Source of the DNA: a virus
Reading direction: 5' to 3' (one strand)
IMG/VR virus record: IMGVR_UViG_3300010401_000001
Span: 25,856-89,855 of that record
DNA: 64,000 nt
Made by a program: the position numbers and the translations under genes. Below the pieces are notes generated by a model. It was not told where the DNA came from and searched no databases. It saw nothing but the letters and a program-made list of their open reading frames with translations. Below, piece after piece: positions 50,022 to 59,328 of this stretch; the first letter of the stretch is position 1; each line of letters opens with the position of its first letter.

Positions 50022-50050
50022 AGGGTCGCCGCGGGGCGCGGGGCGGTCGA
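50022..50050 (-). promoter_or_regulatory. late-class promoter motif
   Basis: TCGACC-GCCCCGCGCCCCGCGGC-GACCCT-N6-GTG. Confidence 0.7.
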
Positions 50051-50082
50051 TTCTGTGAGCGGCGGCGTGCTACCGTGGCTCG

Positions 50083-50484
50083 ATGAGCGAGCAGGCGAGC
50101 GGGATCACATATCACCCGATGGTCGCATCTACGGCAACAACTACCGTAACGGAGACCTTCCATGACCGACTGCTCAACCCCGATGTCGTCGACGAACTCC
50201 GCCGCGTCGAGCGCAAGCCGACGCCGAGCATGCTATGCGAGGTGTGCGACCGGCCGCCGCTCTGGTCGGTGAATCGCGGCAAGGGATGGAGCGTGCGGTA
50301 CTGGCCGCACCGCGAACGCATCGCCCTGATCCCGGTCGCCGAGTTCCGGTCGTCGAACTTCGTGGGGTACACCGTGTTCACGTGCGGTGACGAGATCTGC
50401 GTCTGGCGCGCGGTCCACCACGGGTACCCTGGGATGCTAACGTCGATTCGCGTCGCGCCCGATACGGTCAGCGTTGCACGCTGA
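50083..50484 (+). CDS. hypothetical moron protein
   Basis: TACCGT-N6-ATG; CEVC..C..C. Confidence 0.55.
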   Translation: MSEQASGITYHPMVASTATTTVTETFHDRLLNPDVVDELRRVERKPTPSMLCEVCDRPPLWSVNRGKGWSVRYWPHRERIALIPVAEFRSSNFVGYTVFTCGDEICVWRAVHHGYPGMLTSIRVAPDTVSVAR

Positions 50485-50878
50485 CCACGCCGGCGTACCA
50501 CTGCTGGAAGGTCAGCCCTTGCGCGTCAAGATGACCGCGGTCACCGGTCAGGTCGAAGACCTCGAACCCATGACGCGCTCGCACGCCGTGCTCCATCTCT
50601 CGGCGCATGCCGTCCGACAGCCGCGCGCCCCAGAGCACGATGCCGTCGCAGCGCTCGACCACCGCGCAGTCATCGACGAGGCCGGCATCGCGCTGAGCCG
50701 GGTCCCGGTCGTCCGCGCCGGATAGGACGGCCGCGATCCACGGCGCGATGAAGGTGGTCTCCGGGAAGGAACGGCGGAGCGCCGCGAAGCCTTCCTTGGC
50801 GCGGTACAGGTTGGCGCGGAGCGCTTCCTTCATCGCATCGCGACGCGCCACATCGTTTGATCCGGCCAGCCGAGTCAC
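50468..50878 (-). CDS. nucleoside deoxyribosyltransferase-like (DUF4406/DUF7768-like) protein
   Basis: IAPW...RDAGL..CDGIVLWGARLSDGMRRE. Confidence 0.65.
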   Translation of the reverse strand: MTRLAGSNDVARRDAMKEALRANLYRAKEGFAALRRSFPETTFIAPWIAAVLSGADDRDPAQRDAGLVDDCAVVERCDGIVLWGARLSDGMRREMEHGVRARHGFEVFDLTGDRGHLDAQGLTFQQWYAGVVSVQR

Positions 50879-51063
50879 GACTTCTTGCTCGGTAGGCCGC
50901 AGCGGGGCCGCGAAGTGGTGGTCAGCTCCCTAGCTGCACTGGATGCCGCTTGGTCGATCATCTCGTAGCGGTTTGCATTGTAACCGTGGTCGTATGCTTC
51001 GAACGCTTGCGACACGGCTGACCGCACCACCTCGCGCACCTGTTCATCGGTGAATGACATCAT
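50875..51063 (-). CDS. hypothetical protein (possibly N-terminus of the downstream ORF)
   Basis: MMSFTDEQVREVV. Confidence 0.4.
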   Translation of the reverse strand: MMSFTDEQVREVVRSAVSQAFEAYDHGYNANRYEMIDQAASSAARELTTTSRPRCGLPSKKS

Positions 51064-51094
51064 CCTCACCACCGTACCACCGCCGCCTGACACC

Positions 51095-51949
51095 TCACAC
51101 GCCGAGTCGGTCGAGCTCCGCGTAGATGTCATCGAAATTAGCCTGCTGCAAGCAGTGGCACATGATGGCCCATCCCGCGTGGCCATCGGCCGGCGGCGCG
51201 TCGTAGCGAAACACCTTGCCGTGCCGCGCCTCGTGGTGAGGCCGCGGATGCAGGTTCGGCACGTGGATCCAGATGTAGCTCCCGATCCCGAGCTCGGCGT
51301 TTCGTGCCTGCGTCACCCGGCTCGTCAGCTTTTGAACCTGGTCGTGAGAGATCAGCCGCGCATGCCGCTCGGCGATGCCGAACCTGTCCTCGATCTGCCG
51401 CTGCATCGACTCGGCGCGCTCGCCGGCCGCCGCGGCGCGCGTGATGATCGCCTCGACGTGCCCGAGCACGTCGCCCTGCAGCCGCTTGATCAGCGACACG
51501 TTCTCGTGGACGAACCCGGCGATCAGATCCGGAACGGCGCCGTCCGTCACCACGACGTCGGTCCCCAGGGCAGCCTCGGCCTGGCGTGCGAGCTCGCCGC
51601 GCTGCTGCGCCGCGACCCGGCCGCCGAAGTCGGCCGCGACCACCTCCAGCTGCTTCTCAGCGATGTCGTGGTCGACCACGGCGCGCACGCGCTTCATACG
51701 CCGGCGCCCCTCCGCGCCCTGGTGCTCCTGGTGATCGTCGGCGCGATGCATCCACGCCCAGGTCGATAGCTCGTGCCGCACGACCTCGCGGAGCTGGTCC
51801 ACGACGCCGACAAGGCGGTGCGCGTAGTCGCTCTCGACAAGCGTCGGTGGCCGCGGCGCAGGTACCGCGCGCCGGACCACGCCGGGACCAAACCGCCGCG
51901 CCATGGCGACGCGTTGCGCGGTCTGGCGGAGAGCGAGCGAGGCGCTCAC
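51095..51949 (-). CDS. MuF/SPP1 gp7-like minor head protein
   Basis: ARLISHDQ..K...LGI..YIW...RPHH..RHGKVF...CHC. Confidence 0.88.
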   Translation of the reverse strand: MSASLALRQTAQRVAMARRFGPGVVRRAVPAPRPPTLVESDYAHRLVGVVDQLREVVRHELSTWAWMHRADDHQEHQGAEGRRRMKRVRAVVDHDIAEKQLEVVAADFGGRVAAQQRGELARQAEAALGTDVVVTDGAVPDLIAGFVHENVSLIKRLQGDVLGHVEAIITRAAAAGERAESMQRQIEDRFGIAERHARLISHDQVQKLTSRVTQARNAELGIGSYIWIHVPNLHPRPHHEARHGKVFRYDAPPADGHAGWAIMCHCLQQANFDDIYAELDRLGV

Positions 51950-53208
51950 TTACCGGCCAGCTGCGGCGCCCGGCCGGTGATGGTGGCGAGCTCGCGGACC
52001 GCCCTCGCCGTGCCGCGCGTCGCTTCTCGGAGCGACGCATGCGCGTCCTCGAGCCGCGTGCGCATCTCCGACGCGATGTCGCCGCGCCGGTCCGCCTCGT
52101 GGGCGCTCATGCTCTCCGCGGCCGCGCTGGCCGCGGCGTGCTCTGGATGTCCATCGGCAAGACGGACGCCGCGGTCCGCGTGAAGCTCAGCCTCGCGCTG
52201 CATCGCAGCGGCCGCGCGCTCGTGCTCCCGGTCGGCCTGCTTGAGCTCGGCCGCCGCGCGCGTCTGGTGACCGTGCAGCGCCTCGAGCGCGGTCTGCGCC
52301 ATCGCGGCATGCTCGCGGTACGTCCCGGTCGAGGACGCCGGCTCGTGCGCGTAGCTGGTCTCTCCGACGTGGCCAGCGACGTGCCCGATCTGGGTCGATG
52401 CCTGCTCGTGTGCATCGGTCGGGTCATGGGCGTCGCCATGCTCGGGATGGGCATGGAGCGTCGCCAGCGCGCGCGCAGCGGCGCCCTGGTGCTCGTCGAG
52501 CGTGGCCTTTACTTGAGCAGCGCGCTCCTGCACCGACGCGTGCACGGCGTCGTACGCCGCCAGCTTGGCGGTCGGAACCGGCGCGACGTGGCCGACCGCG
52601 ACCGCCCGGTGCTCGTTGGCGATGGCCTCGCGCTCATTGGCAGCCTCGTGCTCTCCGCGCGCGGCATGGTCGGCGTGCCCGCTCGCCTTGGCGATCGCGG
52701 TTGCGTCGGCGCGCACCCGCGCCACGCGGCTCTCGTCGTGCGCCGTGCCGTGGTCGGCGGCGAAGCGGCCGTTGTAGGCATCGGGGGCTCGCGGTGCTTG
52801 ATGGCGAGCGCTGTGCGGCCCCGGCGCAAACTGCCCATCCCCGCCGCGGTACGGGTTGTATCCCGCGTCGGTGCGCGGTTCACCGAGCGATTCCGGGCCG
52901 TCCTCAACGATGCTAGCTAGCCGATCCTTGAGATCGTTCGCGGCGGCATCGATTCGATCGGCATCATCGCTCATTCGTTGCCGCTCGTCGGCATCCTGCG
53001 ACGTGTCGGCTGCTCGGCGCACCAACCGAGCTGCGAGCACGCACTGGCGAAACGCGGACCTGGTACGATCCTCGTCAGGGGTGGCGCGTGCTTCTTTCCA
53101 CGCCGCTCTAGCATCGAGCGTCGCCGTTGCTGCTGCTCGACGCTGGATCTCCGCGTTGGGAGGATCGATCATCTCGGTTACTGTATCAGAACGGAACATC
53201 ATCGTCAT
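51946..53208 (-). CDS. Ala/His-rich helical head-region protein
   Basis: YNPYRGGDGQFAPG motif; long helical repeats. Confidence 0.65.
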   Translation of the reverse strand: MTMMFRSDTVTEMIDPPNAEIQRRAAATATLDARAAWKEARATPDEDRTRSAFRQCVLAARLVRRAADTSQDADERQRMSDDADRIDAAANDLKDRLASIVEDGPESLGEPRTDAGYNPYRGGDGQFAPGPHSARHQAPRAPDAYNGRFAADHGTAHDESRVARVRADATAIAKASGHADHAARGEHEAANEREAIANEHRAVAVGHVAPVPTAKLAAYDAVHASVQERAAQVKATLDEHQGAAARALATLHAHPEHGDAHDPTDAHEQASTQIGHVAGHVGETSYAHEPASSTGTYREHAAMAQTALEALHGHQTRAAAELKQADREHERAAAAMQREAELHADRGVRLADGHPEHAAASAAAESMSAHEADRRGDIASEMRTRLEDAHASLREATRGTARAVRELATITGRAPQLAGK

Positions 53209-54187
53209 TCGCCGGCTGGTGATGTCGCTCGGCGTGCATCGCCGCCGCGTAGTACTTGCGCTCCTGTTCATCCGCCCATGCTTCGGCGTGCTTGGCTTCG
53301 ATCTCCGCGCGCCGATGATACCGGTCTCCCTCGTATCCGCGTGTGGTCTCGCTGCCAGCTCCGTACTGCTCGACGAACGCCTCGGAGATCTTGGACGCCG
53401 CGTTGATGCGGTCTTTCTCGCCGCGGATCCGGGTCGCCTCCTGCTGCATGAACTTGTGGCCCTCCTTGTCCCACGTCGACTGCAGTTCATGCGGCAGGTT
53501 GCTGGCAACGGCCGAATGGATCTCGCGGCGGCGTTCCACGGATGCCGCCGCCGCCTTTTTCGCCGCCTCTATACGCTTGGGGTTCTTCTTCTTCTCCCAG
53601 ATGACCGGTGGTGTCTCCGCATGCGCAGCCTTGGCCTCAGCATGCGCCGCTTTCGCTGCCACGTGCGCGTCGGTGAGCTTTGCCACCGCAGCCCCGTGCT
53701 TCGTAACCGCCGCTTCGTACTTGCCGACCGTAGCTTCGGCGCGGGTCGCCTTGTTAGTCGTGATCCGGGCAGCGTTTACGTTCTTGGCCGTGGGGTTTGC
53801 TCGTGCGACTTCAGCCGCCGCTCGAGCGTTACCGATCGCCGCGCGCGCAGCGGTGACCGCAGCTGCATGCGCCACCTTCGCAGCCGTGTGTTTCTCTGTG
53901 GCCTTGTCGACGCGATCCTTGGTCTTGGCGACCTGGGCGCCGGCCCTTTCGACGGCAGCAGCCCGATCCGCCGACCGCGCCGATCTGTGTATACCCGGGG
54001 CGAACTTCCCACCCTTGTCGCGATACGGATTGTAGCCTTGCTCGCTCGTCGCCGCTCCGACATCGTCGTGCCGCACGACGGTAGCGAGCGCGACCAGGAC
54101 CGCCTTCCGGTTTGCTTCGGTCGGCTCGCTGCGTGCGAGCGTCGCCGCCGAGCGAGCCGCCTCGAGAGCTGCGCGAGCCCCGGTCAC
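53186..54187 (-). CDS. Ala/Lys-rich head-region protein
   Basis: YNPYRDKGGKFAPG motif; ends in DDDVPF. Confidence 0.65.
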   Translation of the reverse strand: MTGARAALEAARSAATLARSEPTEANRKAVLVALATVVRHDDVGAATSEQGYNPYRDKGGKFAPGIHRSARSADRAAAVERAGAQVAKTKDRVDKATEKHTAAKVAHAAAVTAARAAIGNARAAAEVARANPTAKNVNAARITTNKATRAEATVGKYEAAVTKHGAAVAKLTDAHVAAKAAHAEAKAAHAETPPVIWEKKKNPKRIEAAKKAAAASVERRREIHSAVASNLPHELQSTWDKEGHKFMQQEATRIRGEKDRINAASKISEAFVEQYGAGSETTRGYEGDRYHRRAEIEAKHAEAWADEQERKYYAAAMHAERHHQPANDDDVPF

Positions 54188-55814
54188 GCCTCGTCCTCGG
54201 TATCGATCTCATCTCCTTCACCGTCCGCGCCGTCATCGCTGCCGAACTCTTCACGCAGCGCGGCCAGCTCTGCGCGCTCGTCGTCGCTCAGATCTTCCTG
54301 GTCCTCGCTGTCCCGTCCCATCGCCGCGCGATCTTCATCGCTCAGCTGCTCGGGCGCCTGCGCCGCGATCGCCGCCTGCGCCTTCCTGCGCTTCCAGTCG
54401 ACCTTGATCTCGCCGTGCTGCGGGTACTTGTCGGCGCCGTACCAGGACTCCGCGACGTCGTCGGCACTCACGATGTTCGCGTTCACCTGCGCAACGGCCC
54501 TGTCCGTGTCGGTCTTGCGCGTCTCGGCCACCTCCTTGTCCGACGGCGACCACATCGACGGGTACTCGATGCTCCACACGTCCGGCACCGTTCCGCCCGT
54601 CGGCCCCTGGCCGGCGGCGAGCAGGAACCGCATCAGGTGCGTGTGCCGCGGCTTGATGCGCGTGCGGCGCCGCTTCTCGACGTTGCCGTACCACACGGCG
54701 GTGTCCTCGTCTCCGGTGCGGAGCCCGCTCTGGCTCTGCCCCATGAGCACGCTGACCGGCATGCCGTCGGAGGCCGCGCTCATCAGCACCTTGAACTCGC
54801 CGAGCACCTCGGCGAGGCCAGAGAGCGACGACGGGATCTTCGTGAACTTGTCCTTCACGTCGCCGACCACGGCTCGGATCGACGACTTCGCCATCGCCAT
54901 CGACCTGATCCGCTCGTAGGCGATTTCCTGGCCGTCCTTCGTCGCCATGAGCTCGCCGAACTCGTCCATACCGAGGAATCCCATGTCGTGCTCGTGGAGC
55001 AGCGTCGCCGCAGACGCCCAGGCCAGCCCGAAGTCGGCGAGGACCTGCTTGGGCCTGGTCAGCCTACTCACGCCCCACCCCAGCAGCTGCCCGGCGCGGT
55101 TCTGCCGCGATACCCGCAGCCCGGGGAACACGATGAGCCGCGAGGCGTGTATCACCTGACCGCCGAAGCTTGCCGTGAAGCCGTCAACGATCGGCGTGAA
55201 CATGTACATCGACGGCGTCGACCACCCGCGGTTGCCGAGGTCGCTCTCGAAGGCAATCGGCATGAGCTCGCGCGGCTCAAGCACGTGCAGCGCCTTGACG
55301 TCGCTGACCGCCTCCCAGCGTAGTGGCGTCGACAGGTCGCCCTGCGCGCCATCCACGATTGGAAAGATCGCCGAGCCGCCGAGTGCGTTTCTTTCTCCCA
55401 CGCATCGACGATGGCGTGCTCGACGCCGAGCTCCTCGGCCCATTGCTCGATCGCCTCGCCGAGCTCCTCATCCTGCAGCTTCAGGCTCCAGCCGCGCCGG
55501 TAGCCTTCCTCGGGCATGGCCTCGACGATGCGCGCGGCGAGGAACTCGGTCTCCCAGAGGTCGAGCGCTTCCAGGTCGGTGACGATGTCGCCGCGGAAGT
55601 GCGTGAAGATGCGCCGGTCGCGATGCGTGCCGTGGCCGGTGTAGTGGTTCGTGTAGGCGTCGGCTCGACGCTGGATGCTAGGCGCGGCCGGCGACGGCAG
55701 TAGATCGGCCGCGTCATAGCGCGCGGCCGTCGCGGACTTCGATGGCCTGCCGCGCGGGTTGCCGCTGACGCCGGGCCGGAACCGGCCGGAGGAGGTGCGG
55801 GTCGAGCGGCTCAT
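54184..55814 (-). pseudogene. portal protein (DUF1073-like), frameshifted near 55390
   Basis: LAARIVEAMPEE..R.GW in one frame; ALGGSAIF...IHASRLI...GMPVSVLMGQS..GL in another. Confidence 0.82.
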
Positions 55815-56140
55815 CGGAGCAGCCACGTCATCGCGCTGATGCACAGCGCTGCAGCGACCGCGGTCGGCAGCACAACCATGATCGCCATGGTCCATGTGCG
55901 CGTCCACCACGATAGCCTGGCCTCACCCCGGTGTTCCTCCGGCCCCATCCACAGCCATCGCCGCTGGCCGCGCACACGCCAGCGCGTTAGGCGCAGCGCG
56001 ACGCGCGTGGCTATCCTCATCGCCCGCTGCTCGCCGATGACGACACCAACAAGGCGAAGCAACGCGACGGGCACGCGCGCGAGCGATGTATTCACTTCGA
56101 CGATCGCCGTCGGATGGCCACCTTGGTCTACCTGTTCCAT
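55811..56140 (-). CDS. hypothetical membrane protein
   Basis: C-terminal hydrophobic helix; ATGA coupling to portal. Confidence 0.45.
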   Translation of the reverse strand: MEQVDQGGHPTAIVEVNTSLARVPVALLRLVGVVIGEQRAMRIATRVALRLTRWRVRGQRRWLWMGPEEHRGEARLSWWTRTWTMAIMVVLPTAVAAALCISAMTWLLR

Positions 56141-56202
56141 GCGTTACAGGCTCGGCGAGGATTCCTGTTCGGTCGAGATCAGGCCGTGCTACGGTGCACC
56201 CG

Positions 56203-56385
56203 ATGCACACCGTCGACGAACTCCTCCACATGCACGGCTACCACGAGGGGACCGAGCAAGAGCGGCTGCTGCTCGTATTCAAGGACCCGTCTCGAGCGCG
56301 AGCCGAGAGCGCCGCGTACAGCGTTGCGCTGCCGCCGCACATGCGGACACTGGCCGATGCCTTTCTCGGAGACCTCGAGCAATGA
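56203..56385 (+). CDS. hypothetical moron protein
   Basis: TACGGT-N7-ATG. Confidence 0.5.
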   Translation: MHTVDELLHMHGYHEGTEQERLLLVFKDPSRARAESAAYSVALPPHMRTLADAFLGDLEQ

Positions 56386-56681
56386 CGCCTCACCGTCGCT
56401 CTCCCTACCTCCGCGACCGCATCGCCGACATGCCAGCGTTCCGCGGCCGCGAGCGGCCGTTGCCGATGTCACCAAGCGCGATGTGCAGCCGGGCGACCGC
56501 TTCGTCGCTTCCCGCCGTTGCCAATGGCACCGACACCGCAGCGCTGCCACACCTCGCATACCTGCCAAAGATCGGGTCGATCGACATCTGCTTCGACGAC
56601 TCGATCCCGCTCGGTATCGTCGAGATCGACGGTACGCGGCTCACGATCGACGAGCTGCGCGCGGCCGTGGATGGCACGTGA
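56382..56681 (+). CDS. hypothetical moron protein
   Basis: ATGA coupling. Confidence 0.45.
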   Translation: MTPHRRSPYLRDRIADMPAFRGRERPLPMSPSAMCSRATASSLPAVANGTDTAALPHLAYLPKIGSIDICFDDSIPLGIVEIDGTRLTIDELRAAVDGT

Positions 56682-57133
56682 GCGAACGCGACCGCGATGA
56701 CGCGTTGCTCGTGGCCCTTGATGCCGAGCAAGAAGGCCGGTGGGAGATCGCGATGCAGATCCGCGCCACCGTGTTCGAGAATCGGCTGGCTGACGTCGTT
56801 GAGCGCTGGCCGATGCCGTGGTCGCGCGGAGAGTGGCATGGCGAGTTCGTGTCGCTCGACGGAGCCCCAACCGGTGATTTCAACTCCGACGACGTCTCCG
56901 CTGTCCTTGCCTTCGGCGAGGCAGTCGACGAGTGGCAGGACGGATCGCAGGCAGGAATCGCGCGCCTCAAGGACGGTCGCTTCGTGTCCTGGGAGTCGTT
57001 CAGCGACGTTTCGGGTAGCGGGTTCTCGGCCGATGGTACCGGCGGTGGCGCGGATATCTGGCTATCGACGACGGCAGGAGCCGCCCTTGAGAAGATCAGC
57101 GAGATCGGGCGCGAAATGCTGAGGTTTGCATAA
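56678..57133 (+). CDS. hypothetical moron protein
   Basis: ARLKDGRFVSWE..D.SG...GGG. Confidence 0.6.
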   Translation: MSERDRDDALLVALDAEQEGRWEIAMQIRATVFENRLADVVERWPMPWSRGEWHGEFVSLDGAPTGDFNSDDVSAVLAFGEAVDEWQDGSQAGIARLKDGRFVSWESFSDVSGSGFSADGTGGGADIWLSTTAGAALEKISEIGREMLRFA

Positions 57134-57137
57134 TCCT

Positions 57138-57506
57138 ATGAAACGACATGATCTATCGCCGCTCGCTGAAGCACAGGACCGCATTCGCAAAACGCTCGCC
57201 AGCCTGCCGCCGACTGCTGATACTTGGATGGCGGCAGAGCTGAAGGCCGTGCTCGCGCTCCTGGACCGCATCGGCCAGCATGAGGTGGCTGCGATAACCG
57301 CCACCGCACGCAAGCACACGCGAACCGGCAGCAAGCGCCGATGCAAGCATTGCAACCAGTTGCTTCGCGTGCTCGCTAACGGTGAACTGGAGCCGCACAT
57401 GCTCGCGCCTACGCCACATGGACAGCCTGGACTGCAATGCATCACGACTTCCACGCCTGTGCGCGAGCATCGATCTTCACATCCCTACCGACGACGCCTC
57501 CGGTGA
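57138..57506 (+). CDS. hypothetical protein with Zn ribbon
   Basis: CKHC...H...C. Confidence 0.55.
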   Translation: MKRHDLSPLAEAQDRIRKTLASLPPTADTWMAAELKAVLALLDRIGQHEVAAITATARKHTRTGSKRRCKHCNQLLRVLANGELEPHMLAPTPHGQPGLQCITTSTPVREHRSSHPYRRRLR

Positions 57507-57514
57507 TGCCGCGC

Positions 57515-58333
57515 CTACCGCGCGGTCATCGCCCTGCCGAGTGACAACACGCCGTTGGTGCGGTCGTCGACGAGGGCATCGAAGCGGCGGCGCAGGTAGT
57601 CGTCGCTCACCTCGGGACCCATCGGCTCGGCCGGCGCCAGCTGCCTGATACCAGCCGCGAGGATCTCGCGGTCTGTGAGCGAATCTCCGCGAAAGGCAGG
57701 TCCAAGCACCGCCTCGACCTTGCGGACAAGGCCGACGCGCTCCCTGACCAAACGCTGGACATCCGCGTCGGCGCGCTTCGCCTTGCCCTGCGCCGTCATC
57801 GGAACGACCTCGGCACCGTTGACAGCGCAGCATGCCGTTGGGAACACCCGGGCGTCGATCTCGCGGCAGTACAGCTCTCGCCCAACGCTGTCTGGCGCCT
57901 TGGCCGCGACGGCCTTCGGGCATCGCGCACAGGACCATCCAACCCCGTTGGCGGCGATGCCGTACGCGGCGAGCTCGATGCTCGAGTACAACATCCACGC
58001 CTCCGGATCGCCGGCGCACTGATTCTCCCAGTACCGGCACGAGCCGGCATCGGCGTTGATCTTGAGCGCGACGCGAGGCCCGGTAGGATCGCCGACGTAG
58101 ATCTGCAGGCATTTCTCGTCCTGCTCCTTGTTGCACCGGCCGCAGTTGTACCGGCCCTGATAGTCGACGGTGCGCGGATTACCCGTGTACTTGTCCGCAT
58201 AGTCGAGCTCGTTGGCGGCCCGCAGCCGCTGGTGGTTCTCGTAGATCTCCCGGTCCGGGCTGACGTCGTCCGGCTCGACGCACAGCCCATCCGGGGCACG
58301 GGTCGGCGTCGTCACCTTGCGCTGTAGGTCCAT
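57515..58333 (-). CDS. Cys-rich protein fused to a copy of the scaffold C-terminus
   Basis: CGRC..C..C..C..CARC..C..CC then DSLTDREIL...EPMGPEVSDDYLRRRFDALVDDR. Confidence 0.75.
   Translation of the reverse strand: MDLQRKVTTPTRAPDGLCVEPDDVSPDREIYENHQRLRAANELDYADKYTGNPRTVDYQGRYNCGRCNKEQDEKCLQIYVGDPTGPRVALKINADAGSCRYWENQCAGDPEAWMLYSSIELAAYGIAANGVGWSCARCPKAVAAKAPDSVGRELYCREIDARVFPTACCAVNGAEVVPMTAQGKAKRADADVQRLVRERVGLVRKVEAVLGPAFRGDSLTDREILAAGIRQLAPAEPMGPEVSDDYLRRRFDALVDDRTNGVLSLGRAMTAR
57567..57628. repeat. 62-bp repeat shared with the scaffold gene (48577-48638)
   Basis: 59/62 identical by eye. Confidence 0.9.
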
Positions 58334-58338
58334 GGCGA

Positions 58339-58689
58339 TCACTCCACCGGAGCGCCCTGCGGGATCTCCCACACGTCCACGAGCGTAACGGTCCCAGCCC
58401 CGCTCGCCACGAGCTTGACGTTGTCGCCGGGCGCGGTCTCCCACACCATCTGTAGCACGATGGTGCCGACGATGTTGTGCGACAGTTTGGTGCGCTCGAT
58501 CGTCGGCGGAGAGGCGCTGTCGCTGAGCAGCTGAAGCGTCGCGGTCTGGCCCGCGGTGCACACGAACTGCGCCGTGATGAAGTGCATCACATACGCTGAC
58601 GAGCTCGGAGAGTAAGGCGTACCGATCACGCGCGTGGTGTGGGTGTCGACGGGCGCCCCAGGGTTCTTGTAACGGCCAAGCCAGCTCAT
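58339..58689 (-). CDS. beta-rich putative virion protein
   Basis: TCGTCC-N17-TACGCT-N6-ATG upstream. Confidence 0.6.
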   Translation of the reverse strand: MSWLGRYKNPGAPVDTHTTRVIGTPYSPSSSAYVMHFITAQFVCTAGQTATLQLLSDSASPPTIERTKLSHNIVGTIVLQMVWETAPGDNVKLVASGAGTVTLVDVWEIPQGAPVE

Positions 58690-58725
58690 GAGGTGAGCGT
58701 AACGGGGCCGGGCAAGACGGACGAT

Positions 58726-59319
58726 TCACTTCGCGCTGAGCTTTCGAGGGCTACCCGCCGCCGATTGCATAAGGGCGTGCCCTGCAAGTTGATCCATCTC
58801 TTCGTCAATTGGGAGTTCACGTACGACAACCTCAGCGAATGATAGCGCTTCCCCTAACTCGCGTGCCGCTCCGAATGTGTCCGCCAGAGACGCGACAGTC
58901 CTGCGCTCCGCGAGGATGTCCGCGCACCTCTGCCGCGCGCGCTCCTGCCGAGCTCCGTCGCCACTCTCGAGCGCGACCCGGGCCACTTCTGCGAGCGTCG
59001 GCTGGCCGTTCGCCTGCCACTCTGCGGCAAGCTCCTCGATTTCGTCGTCGGTGATTTCCGATGGAGCTCCGACCTCCAACGCCCGTTCGAGCGCGCGCGG
59101 CAACGTGGCGGCGTACACGATATGGAACCCGATCGGCGTGTCCGGGTACCACTGGATGACCCAGACCTCGTCAGTCGCTAGCATGGCGGCGCGATCGTCC
59201 GGGTTCACCTTGTCTGGATCGTCGTGACATTCAGCGACGAGCCACTGCTCCACGTTTTGGTAGACCGCCTTGTGCGGGTTGTGCTCGATCGTCAGGTTGA
59301 TGTGCTTCGGAAGGTTCAC
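58726..59319 (-). CDS. hypothetical phage protein
   Basis: LTIEHNPHK..Y...WVIQWYPDTPIGF. Confidence 0.65.
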   Translation of the reverse strand: MNLPKHINLTIEHNPHKAVYQNVEQWLVAECHDDPDKVNPDDRAAMLATDEVWVIQWYPDTPIGFHIVYAATLPRALERALEVGAPSEITDDEIEELAAEWQANGQPTLAEVARVALESGDGARQERARQRCADILAERRTVASLADTFGAARELGEALSFAEVVVRELPIDEEMDQLAGHALMQSAAGSPRKLSAK

Positions 59320-59328
59320 GGCTCCATC

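Noticed and set aside
52856-54919. 687-aa + strand ORF and other long antisense ORFs (e.g. 60140-61963, 11653-12936)
   Set aside because: Shadow frames of GC-rich genes on the opposite strand; no recognisable motifs.
54184-55814. Anti-CBASS Acb1 label sometimes attached to DUF1073 proteins
   Set aside because: Position and motifs fit a portal; no HxT phosphoesterase domain is visible.
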